Below the pieces are notes generated by a model, which saw only the letters and a program-made list of their open reading frames with translations, searched no databases and had not been told where the DNA came from. A DNA stretch of 64,000 nt from Lingula anatina (lineage: Eukaryota > Animalia > Brachiopoda): contig CM120643.1 of the NCBI GenBank assembly GCA_051362555.1, forward strand, positions 9,796,001 to 9,860,000, in the 5' to 3' direction. How positions within the stretch are numbered: position 1 is the first letter of the stretch; each line of letters begins with the position of its first letter. Positions 54,246 through 64,000 of this stretch are shown here, piece by piece. A program made the position numbers and the translations under genes.

Positions 54246-54625
54246 ACCCTGTGTGTCATAGTACTGCAGCTGCCTACCGTCTATAACAAACTTCACCTAC
54301 ACTTCACAGGGGCAGAATCGGGGTACAACATCCTCGAGGTCCGTGTTGTCATCTCATAACCCCATGTTTCATAGCACTGGCTACTGCCTGTAACAAACCA
54401 AGCTAAATAAACACTTTCACTTTCACTTTCACAGGGGCAGAATCAGGGTACAACATCCCCGAGGTTCGTGTTGTCGAGGAGCTCCCACTGTGGCTGACAC
54501 CAGAAATGCAGGAAAGCATCATCTCCATAAAGCAGGACAAGGATCTACCAGGCATGATGCGACGAGTGCTGTGCGACGGCTACCTTTGCTTCTACCAGAG
54601 CCGCGACGTCATGATGTACAAGTGA
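42224..54625 (+). CDS. CYLD: Ubiquitin carboxyl-terminal hydrolase CYLD (3 CAP-Gly + USP with B-box), 14 coding exons
   Basis: Exons 42224-42691, 42957-43271, 44706-44829, 45248-45517, 48597-48697, 48856-49089, 49573-49729, 50007-50274, 50543-50634, 50946-51130, 52721-52829, 53264-53379, 53805-54057 and 54435-54625. Motifs [52 protein letters not shown] and FFDSMADR are present, ending in C-terminal MYK*. Confidence 0.95.
43567..44022. mobile_element. MITE with GGGCAGAAACCAC TIRs in a TTAA site (Kolobok- or Harbinger-like)
   Basis: TTAA-gggcagaaaccaccaaat...atttagtggtttctgccc-TTAA. Confidence 0.85.
49197..49253. repeat. (TTA)n microsatellite
   Basis: Read directly. It is the source of the poly-Leu tail in ORF 48904..49410. 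Confidence 0.95.
49386..49557. mobile_element. Foldback MITE, TAA-flanked (PIF/Harbinger-like)
   Basis: ~70-bp imperfect inverted arms (agcacattcagaac...actaacagat...ggatcaaatatggc / gccatatttgatcc...atctgttagt...gttctgaatgcgct) with TAA on both sides. Confidence 0.8.
51231..52162 (+). repeat. Array of degenerate copies of CYLD exon-10 3' part plus donor site
   Basis: Echoes of ACGCAAAACTTGGTGGAGCTG...ATCAAACTAGCAGAG|GT at 51231-51251, 51291-51350, ~51378-51451, ~51506-51560, 51711-51801 and ~52010-52162. Confidence 0.75.
54247..54475 (+). repeat. Tandem duplication of the CYLD last-exon acceptor and first 41 exonic bases
   Basis: ttcacag|GGGCAGAATCGGGGTACAACATCCTCGAGGTCCGTGTTGTC (54310) versus ttcacag|GGGCAGAATCAGGGTACAACATCCCCGAGGTTCGTGTTGTC (54435). 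The upstream intron sequence is also similar. Confidence 0.9.
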
Positions 54626-54907
54626 CCAGTCTTGAGGGTGAAGTTTCTTTGCTATACTACATCCAAGTAGTATTAAGGCATCGAATCCTGATAGCTGGGC
54701 TTGTGAATCTGCTCGCTACGCCTATTCCAAGCCATTTCTTTTCAGCCGTGGTGCTATTCAAAGTCAAAATGGGTATCTTGCTCATTGGTAAGAGCCCCCC
54801 CCCCCCCCCCTCCCCTCCCCCCCCCCCCCCCCCCCCCCTCCCTACCAGCTGGAGCAGTGCTAGTATTCACAGCATAAACACATTGGCATGGTGCCTAACA
54901 CCATAGC

Positions 54908-55091
54908 CTGGTCCCAGTTTCAGAAAAAAAACTTAAGTCAGTTCCCTGGCTTAGTTGACTAGGATTTCCATGAGAATGCTGTTACCCTGCTTCTGATAGG
55001 GTAAGATTTGCCCATGTGACCATGTAACCTTGGTAATTTAAGGTCTTAACCAGGGTACCTGACTTAAGTTTTTTTGTGAAACCGGGGCCTG
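54908..55091. mobile_element. MITE family 2, copy 2 (CTG...CTG flanks), downstream of the CYLD stop
   Basis: Homologous to 34725-34916 over its full length. Confidence 0.82.
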
Positions 55092-55187
55092 ATCACTAAA
55101 TGTATACCTGTATATTCACTAAGAACCAAGTATCACTGCCTTCAACCACCATTATTTCATAGTGATGTCTGTAATGATATATTTCAC

Positions 55188-55378
55188 TAAGAGAGGATTC
55201 ACATCGAGAAGAGACGAGGTCTAGCAAGGCCGAGACCTAAATATGATGGACCTACATGAAAGGAAGACCGCGTAATCCTTTAATGGTCTCTCAGTGACAT
55301 TAAGGTCTCGTAATTATGCCACCATATTTAGGTCTCAGCCTTGCTAGACCTTGGCTCTTCTCGATGTGAATGTTCTTA
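55188..55378. mobile_element. Foldback MITE downstream of the CYLD stop
   Basis: ~55-bp inverted arms attcacatcgagaagag..aggtctagcaaggc.gagacctaaatatg / catatttaggtctc.gccttgctagacct..ctcttctcgatgtgaat. Confidence 0.8.
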
Positions 55379-56766
55379 TAGAAACCGAATCTGGAAGGTA
55401 TATATACAGGAAATAAGGAAGGACAGCAGTGAAGAAGTCAACTTAAAGCACGTAGGAGGATCAGTAATGCAGGGTGTTAGTTTTTCCGTTTTCGCCCTAT
55501 TTTTGGAGATATGCCTAGATATTTTCTTTGAAAAACTCCTATTTGTTTCTGCTTGGGTGGTCTTGAAATGATTTTTTGTTTTGTCCCATTTAATGTTGAT
55601 TGTGAGAAAATGATATAATGGAAAATGTGCTAGAAAACCTAAACGTGCTGTAGCATGTGTTGCAGTAAAGTATTGTTGCAGTAATATATTGTAATTCACC
55701 AGTCTACCAAATAATGACACATACGGCAGACTAGCCTGACTTGAGAGGCTTGGGAGACCATTTTCATAATGAAATAATTCCTTTTTATTACTTTTTTGTC
55801 TTGTATTTCCTGTTTTCCTTCTTTCTTAAAGTCTTTTAAACTTGACACCCTGCTAATGACCTCTTGTTAAAATGCACCGACTCCTGCTTAGTGTAAAAAA
55901 TGCAGAATATCCCAAGCATGGGGCTATTTTGAAGAAAATTCACGCAAGTAGAATACATTTTTCTTAGACTAATCATCAATGAACGAATGATATTATGATT
56001 ACACTGCTAGCTTACATAGGTGAGGTGCATTAAGCAAAAATTGTACTATAGGAAATGTGTTCTACATGCTGAATTTTTATAAGGCTGATAAAGTTGAACA
56101 GGCAGATATGGATGGAATATAAATATATATGTATATATGTTTGTATTCAGAGGCACACGAACATAAAACGATATTCAGTTCCAATTTAGAACATTGAATA
56201 TGTTGCAGAAGAAGAAAAATAGGATTGATGTATGAATAAAAAGTAATAGAAACATTGATGGGAAAAAAGATAAATGGGTAATATTGTTAGTATTTAGCTT
56301 TAGGTACAGTAATGACTTGCAATCTTTTCAAAGGAAAAAATTACCAATCTTTTAGATACATAAGTTTGGAATCATTAAATTATATTTCTATTTTGCATTT
56401 GTAGTTTTATTATATACTATAGAACTATAGATTAGCTTGCTATTTAATTTTGTTGCTATTAATCAATAAGAACATTCTTATTATAAGAATTTATGATTAA
56501 AAAAAATACAGTATCTGTATAATATTAATCCACAATTTTCCCTTTGAAAAGATTGAGTTATTATTGTAAAATAAGTTTGAAGAATACAAAAAGGATTTCA
56601 GAAGTGACCCTGAAGAGTACTTAAAGTTGGCTGAATAAGCATGACTTTTCAGAAGAATTGATATGGGATGTATATTATGGGTCAAAATGGGAAGGTTTTT
56701 TTTCTAAGCATTTTGGTAGATTCCCCTTTTTCCTTGAGGAAAAGGTTATTTTGTGTGAAAAATAAT

Positions 56767-56987
56767 CAGGCCTACCCAACTACCAGACTTTGCACATAAG
56801 GATCCTGAATTTCAGAGTATCATACCCCAGAACAAATTTTGTAGGACGACTGTGGGCTCATCCTGTCAGTGTTCTGACTGATACTCTGAAATGCAATCTG
56901 ACACACCCTTAAAAACGGGTAGTGTGGTCCGATATACCGGTTAATTCAGGATCCTTATGTGCCGAGTCTGGTAGTTGGGTAGGCCTG
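56767..56987. mobile_element. hAT-like MITE (CAGGCCTACCCAACTACCAGACT TIRs)
   Basis: ~45-bp TIRs caggcctacccaactaccagact..gcacataaggatcctgaatt and their reverse complement. TSD not clear. Confidence 0.82.
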
Positions 56988-59526
56988 ATAATGTTGTTTT
57001 GTAAATACAATTTTCAAAAATCCTGGTGAGTTTTCAATGGAGAATAAATGACCATTATACTAGGGTTTATTATTGCCGCTAGAAATTGAGGTGAACTATG
57101 CACGTAACATTTCTAGCTATCAAAACCTATAAATATTGCCTCATGAAATATAAGATTTTTTGCATCATATCAGCCACTGAATGGAATGATAGATGGCACA
57201 AATATAGTGTAAATGCTCATATAAAAAAGAGGATATAAGGAAAAAGAAAATCATTAAAATTATTATATATAACACAAATATAATAATAATAATCTTTATT
57301 GAGATATTGCAACTTTGAAGGTTGAAGTTATTAAAATATTTATTTAATTCACAAAGTCAAAGGAAGCCTGGTTATTTTAGCCCTGTTGCACACTTTAAGT
57401 TGTCGCTCTTGCCTCCATGGGGAGGATACATAATTTAAATTTGCACACAAAAAAGAAAAAAGCCATTAAAAAGCAGTGTTAGCTCCTAGGAGGATACAAG
57501 GAGGGAGAGAGAAAGAGAGAGCAGAAACAAAATACTAGTGTATCTAGAAGCAGAAGGGCTTTTGTAAATTGATTTTTCATAGTCTTTGTGAAACGCAGTT
57601 TGTATTGTAACTTATGTATTTGTGAATATTCTCTGTGCACTGATTAATATCCTCAGCAAATGTAGCTTGGGTTATTACTCAATTCAATTTTCATAGTATT
57701 ACCTAGTTCTTAAATTGTTATATCTTGTAAAGGTTCTCAGGCCTTGAATATGTTATACCTGTAACAAAAGAAATGCAGTTTGTCAAGGGTTGATAAAAGA
57801 CAAGTTACGAGTTAGCGCGAAAATTGATTTATTAATTAATCTTAGCACAGACAGTACATATCAGAATCGTCAATAGGAGTGCTAACGCATGAATTTTCGT
57901 GCCAGTTACGAGTACTTCCCAAGTCCGCTATATAGCCAGTTTACTTGAAAGGTATTTTTTTTGTGTATTGACACAAACAAATGTGGTCACAGCTTTGATT
58001 TCTATGATCTTTTTTGAAATTTGAAAAAATCCCATTACTGTTTAAAAAAGCCCTGTAATCTTCACTAGAGGAAACATATAAGCAGTGCTGTAAAGTTGCT
58101 TAAGTTTCAAAATTACTTAGATTGTGCTCATAATTGGAAGTTTTGCTTTCTTGACTTCTCAGTGTCATTTCTCTGGAAACAAGTTTTGACTTGTACATGC
58201 AATAATGTATACTATTTTTCCTATGTAGGTAGTATTTATTTTCAGTGTTTATCTTTTTTGCAATTGCTTCAAGTGGATCTTATTAAATATTTAAATATCA
58301 GCTTGTTGGTAAATTGTATTTGTTATTATTATATGCATTTTTTGTTAATTATCACTACACCGAGCATCTTATGGAAATCAATAATTTTTTTCTTATAGCT
58401 GTTCTTTAAAAAAAAAAAAAACAATAGGAGACCATTGGTTTCTAAAAGACTAATAAATTCTAATACTAAAATTGTTGAATCAACTAAATTAAGTGAACCC
58501 AGATTTCAGAAAAGTGAAAGAAATAACATGAAATTTTAAGTTGTATATACAATTTTATTTACAATTGTCACAAAATATCTGAAGTTCAACAATAGATGGT
58601 CAACTCTGTAATTCTAAAAATCTTCACACGAGATCGTTTTGTTACTTTTTCATGAACGCAACATCAGCATTTGACAAAAAACAGAAAAAAATTAGTGATC
58701 ATATTAGTGAAATAATTCACAAATATTTATCGCTTGAATTGGCAGAAAGAATACATGTGCAACTGAGGATTATGGCTGAAAATGCAAGACATTAAAAGGC
58801 ATTTTTGTACATAAACCCATCACAGGATAATTAAATCTGAAACTGCAACTTTCCAGGGAAAGCCTAGCTGCTCTTGAACGTGAAACGCCCACAATAATCT
58901 GGGATAAACTGAACATTCCACCTGAGAACTGAATCGAATTCTCTACTTGAAATTGCTTTTCAGTTTACCTATATGTATAAAATCATTTTCAATCAACTCA
59001 AACAAAACATTCAGTTTTGTCTCGGAGTCCTTAATTTCAATATCTAAAACCTGGATTTAGAACCTTCAGCTTGATAACTTGTCATTATTCACTCCACTGT
59101 GCAACATATTTTTTTTACACAAAAGCCAAACAACCCATCACTGACTTTTTAATGCTAAAAGTTTCCCCATATATAATAAAAAATAAAGTACTGTGTGTGC
59201 CCTTCGTTAACAAAACATGCAAATCATAAAATACTACACTCTACAGCTGATTTTAATGAAAAGCCAAAAATACTCAATCAAAAATGCTGAAATTCTCTAC
59301 CGAGTCAAATTACAAAATTGTTGAGTAAAGCTGCAACTGCAGTCTTGTTCAAAAATATCCAATGGCTTGTTTTTTAATGCAATGCTTAATCAAAAGTACT
59401 GCAAAATGCTAACTGCAAATATCAAACACAAAATGACAGCCCACCTTACTAAAAACAAAATTCTTACCAAATGCTTGATAAAAGAAAAACTGAAAGCATA
59501 TTGACAGCCGCAAAATATATCTTGAT

Positions 59527-59528
<2 letters not shown>

Positions 59529-59578
<50 letters not shown>
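59529..59578. repeat. Poly(A) mononucleotide tract (~50 nt)
   Basis: Read directly from the sequence. Confidence 0.95.
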
Positions 59579-59579
<1 letters not shown>

Positions 59580-62082
59580 AGATCCTGTAAACAATATGCA
59601 GTCAATTAACAGGTATTCTCCATATTAGAGTCATCCATGTATATCTAAAATATACCAACAGATCAGAACATTCTCAGCATGCTAACCCAGCACATGTAAA
59701 TTTGAGGTCAAATGCTGATCTGTACCATGTCAAACCACAATCCCTGTTGTATTGAGAGCTCAGGGCCACTTGAGTTGGACTTTGAAAATATCCTACCACA
59801 CAGTATAACCTGTACTATCATCTTTTCTGTAACAGGTACAGATGCTTTCTCTTAGACGCAGTATTAAATCTTGATGTCCACTTACTAGAACATGTCAAAA
59901 TTAGTGGACAAATTTCCCTCCAACCTTTGAGGTAATAAGAGTGTAACATACTGCATAACATAGTCAAATTATTATATTACTACAGAACTCTCCTTAATTA
60001 GAATAAAGCCTAAGTATGTACAGTATGACTGTACCACAAAATCACTGTATAAATCATACCTAGTCTCATTTTCTGCCACTCTTATATAGCAGCTGCCCAT
60101 TTTATCCTGAGTGACCTGGATATATGCCTGTATTATAAAAACATGTTCAGTGGAACTGCAACTTAATTTGTGAACCAAAAGTTCATCAGCATGCAGGAAG
60201 TCCACGTTAAATCCATCTGATCATCAGAGTCTATGATCCAGTTGTTGGCATGTTGAGTTAACTGGGAAATATCCATGTATCCACTTCAGATATCCATGTA
60301 TCCACCCTAAATATCCACAGCATATTTGATGATACCAAGGCATTTGGTTATGTCATTGTTTCACTGATGAAGTGAAATGAAACCGCATCCTTTTCCCAAT
60401 TATAAATTTCCCATGTCCAAAATACAGGCTTACAAATGGCCCATCAAATCCATACTGGCCATTTTGTGAGAAATATCCATAACCCAATCTTGTTTGCATA
60501 AATTCTTTTTTTTTTTCAAGTCCAAATCATCTTGCAATGCAGACAGAATCTCCGGATAATTCTAAAATGCACTGAGCTGTGGTTCGTACATCAACTAATA
60601 TCACGATGTCCAAGTTTAATCAACAAAATATGCCCTCCAAGCAAAGTGTTTCCACAAGCCATAACTTCTGCTAACAGCACAATTTCTATCTTATAATTAC
60701 TATAAGTAATACAAACCACTAGTAGTTAAGCACAATACTTTAAACGAGTTGACAAAAGTACAAATCTGACTAAACCAAGATCTTCTATTTACTCTTTAAC
60801 AGTCAGAATTCTTGAAGCTGCAAAAAATTAAGGTATATGTATTACATGTGTATACAGGCGTGCTAAACCTATATCTTAAAAACAACTGTTTGATATCCTT
60901 TATCTTTAGGGGAAAAAGGTAAACAAGTCTTAATATCATGCAATAAAAACAGGATGAAATTATGCATTTCTTTTTATACACCTTATTGAACTCTCCTAAT
61001 ACCATTCAGATATAACTGTAAAGCATATAAAAATAATCCTACCAAACTGCACTATATGATATAAGCTAAAATTATTTAATCTAGTATTCTAAATACTACT
61101 GAAGGCAAGATATTTATGATGTGGAATCATGGTATATATACATGACATATGAATCAGAGATCTGTTTGATCTGTTCATTAATAAAATACAGTATTATATG
61201 TATAATGACATATGATGGCATGCATGCAAAAATCTACAACTGAAGATGTCTAAAATCAAAGAACATGTAAAGAACATGAAAAATTGAATGTACAAATAAA
61301 AAATACAATATTTTTTTTCTGAAAATGATGAAGTTAGTTGGTGCCAGAGCAAAACACAACCAATGCATGTCTGATTTTTTGTCTTTTTTCTAATAATACA
61401 GAAACAAAGTTAACCATTTCCACATTCACATATAGGTGATTTGCTATGAGTAAAAGGTGCATGCATAATACAAAACTCTATGCTGCAGATTATCTTCAAT
61501 GTATCGCTGTAAGTTTTTGTTCTGTGAAGTTCTTAGAGAATGGACTGTGCTTCCATCAACACTTGTACATCTGCTGAGCATGCTTGTTGTTCACTGTTCT
61601 GAAAAGATAGCATTCAAAATGTAAATGTTTAATATCATGAACCTATTTACTGCCTAGAAAAACACATTCACAACAAGTCTTGATATCATGCAATAATATC
61701 AACTAAACTTCATCAATAAAACAATACCCTTATCATTTTCTAAAACATTACATGAGGGTTAATCGTATCAGTACCTAATGCAATATCTTCATATTATATT
61801 CCTAGAATCTTTATCATTTTTCTTCACAAAGTGACCAATCTCTACTTCAAAGTAATTCTGTTTTACAGGGCAGAAGGCTTTCTAAGAAGGAGAAGAATCT
61901 ATTTATCTTACGCACCAGTATATACTGGTGAAAATGTACATATGGATATAACTACATAATTCAGAATGATATCACGATACTAACACTGAACTCAATGAAA
62001 TTAACTTATCTCTTAGCTAAAGAAATTTAAAGGCAACCTTTTTCTATTTCAATATTCCATGTCATACCTGACTGAGTATCAT

Positions 62083-63561
62083 TCAATTCTCCTCTTCAGT
62101 ATATTCCATATCATCACCTGACATCTCCATACTGAACTCCTGGCCATAGCCCGAGTCAAAGTTAGCAAATTGGTGGCTGAAATAATGGAAATTATTATAT
62201 ATAACACAATTTATAGGTGTCTCTACACTTTTAAACATAGCCCCTAGCCATAGTTAATTAACTGGTGGCTGAAATAAAGGGAATAATACACATCTCGTAC
62301 AATTTTATAGTTGTCTCTACCCTTTTGACCATACCCCCTAGTCACAGTTAGCCAACTGCTGGCTGAAATAAGGGAAATAATATATAACACACAATTCTTT
62401 TTAGTCATCTCCATACTGCTGGCTATAAACTTTATTCAGTCAAAGTTGGCAAACTTCTGTCTGAAATACAGAAGCTGATGCAATTTTATAGGTTTCAACA
62501 CCCCTAGTAGGGTCTTTTTATAATTCACATTCATCAGAAACCCTGTCTGAAGAGTCGTATGACCAAAAGCAAGAAAAATAATAAATAAATAAATAAATAA
62601 ATCACATACCTGTTACACTTGCATGACAAGAAGACAATCCTCTTCAGCTTCTTGTTGTACAAGAAATAGTTAAAGCTCCAAATGCATCCTTCCTCACCAA
62701 ATGGATCTGAGCTCAGGTCAGGGTTATAGCTGCAAAGAAGCCATGAGATTTGAAACAAAAGATCCTGGACCAATACCAATCCGTTACAATAATATTACAG
62801 AGCCATACTGCCTATACATCTTATAAGCTTTTATACATAAGATCTTTGATATGGAAAAAGGTTTGTAATATATGTTAAAAGATGTTAGGTCCTCTTCACA
62901 TTGAACCATATACTTAACTGCACCAGCCTACTTTGACAGGTCCTGACATGTAATTATGCCATAGGGCATTTTATTCCCTTTCACAATTCTCCAAAAGTTT
63001 GTTTCATATCATTAAGTTAATCAGTTGGCTGCACTGAGCCCCTTAATGGCGACTCTCTTAGGTAATAGCCAGGCTATTAAGTTGTCAACCTCTCAAATTA
63101 GTCAAGCCAATATTATACAGTACTCTTAACATGCCTTTAAAGTGTACGTGTTCATATTTATGTTCATAAAGAAAATTCCTGTTTTTGTTGGCAGTTGCAA
63201 TACACAGAAGATGCAGCATCTCTGTGCAATTAATTTCAGAGACCCAGACAGAAAAGGGTAGTGATATCAAATATATTCTACATTTGGTCCAAGTCAGTCC
63301 TGATTTGAAGTAAGATTTACTAGGGCACATTTCATCAGGTGCACATCACACCACAGCACTATATCATCACACCTTTATCAGGTAACAATAAATATACATC
63401 AACACAACATCCCTTGTTTTTTCTTCTTCCCATGCCTACCTATAAATATCACACTCATTCAGCTTAATCTCATCGTCAATGGCCTTCCACAGCTGAGATT
63501 TGAGAGTGTGAAAGTTATCCAGGGACGCCGCCAGCTGACTCTCAACCGAGTTTATGACCCA
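62083..63561 (-). CDS. MAF1: Repressor of RNA polymerase III transcription MAF1, last three coding exons; gene starts beyond window end
   Basis: Exons 63561-63440 ([10 protein letters not shown]...[19 protein letters not shown]), 62729-62610 ([36 protein letters not shown]) and 62176-62083 (acidic tail ...[10 protein letters not shown]). A probable 3'UTR intron follows (donor 62067, acceptor ~61599). Confidence 0.93.
62122..62470. repeat. ~95-bp tandem repeat x4 built from the MAF1 terminal coding exon acceptor and exon start
   Basis: Minus-strand tatttcag|C CAC CAA TTT GCT AAC TTT GAC at 62176, with echoes at 62268, 62362 and 62460. Confidence 0.85.
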
Positions 63562-64000
63562 CTGCAAAGAAAAGAAAGAACAGAGTTGACATTTGAAAAG
63601 GGGACACATTTCTATTTGCCAGCTGGGTTGATGAGACCTCCATCTCCATCACCATCTGTAGCTTTCTTGTGACCTTTGTAACATATGTATTCATTACAAT
63701 TCATACATTTAACATGGCTAAAAACAAAATATTATCAATAAAATATGTGTTAATTTGTTAGAGTGTCAAATATACAACAAGTCAAGTTAAAACAGAGCAT
63801 TGGCATATCAATCCAAATGTAAGTTGTACAGTTTTGATGAGATTCTTCCATTAATCAATTACTTCTTTTAGTATAACTTGATTTGAACATCTCATTGTAG
63901 ATATGAGGTACCTACTGCAATGTTGAACATTGCTTTATTATTTCATAAGTCCAGTATTAGACTAATTTTTCTCCTCTCATGCAGGGCTTTTCCCAGGATT

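Noticed and set aside
54490-54906. 138-aa proline-rich ORF
   Set aside because: Off-frame overlap of the CYLD last exon running into a poly-C tract.
59529-59578. Poly(A) tract as the tail of a retroposed element
   Set aside because: No recognisable SINE/LINE body or target-site duplication around it.

Overview
This is AT-rich, intron-rich animal genomic DNA. A lophotrochozoan or mollusc-like invertebrate is likely, but that is inferred from gene style only. Gene models were read by hand from GT-AG junctions, and exon phases are consistent. In order: the 5' half of a high-affinity choline transporter (SLC5A7, -); an ankyrin-repeat/SOCS-box gene (-) head-to-head with an intronless inducible HSP70 (+) across a short HSE/CRE/TATA promoter; two tandem 3-exon genes for secreted 10-cysteine beta-microseminoprotein-like proteins (+) that the ORF track fragments, with a 78-bp HSP70 relic at the duplication junction; cyclophilin B (+); a 25-exon TONSL (-) head-to-head with a 14-exon CYLD (+); and the 3' end of MAF1 (-). 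About a dozen MITEs/foldback elements and many microsatellites are present. The most unusual signal is recurring: in four unrelated genes (SLC5A7, TONSL, CYLD twice, MAF1), an intron carries degenerate tandem 'echo' copies of the adjacent exon edge including its splice site. Several echoes would, if spliced, give stop-terminated isoforms (two with a nearby AATAAA), and one would give an in-phase alternative exon. No RNA genes, CRISPR arrays or transposase ORFs were seen.
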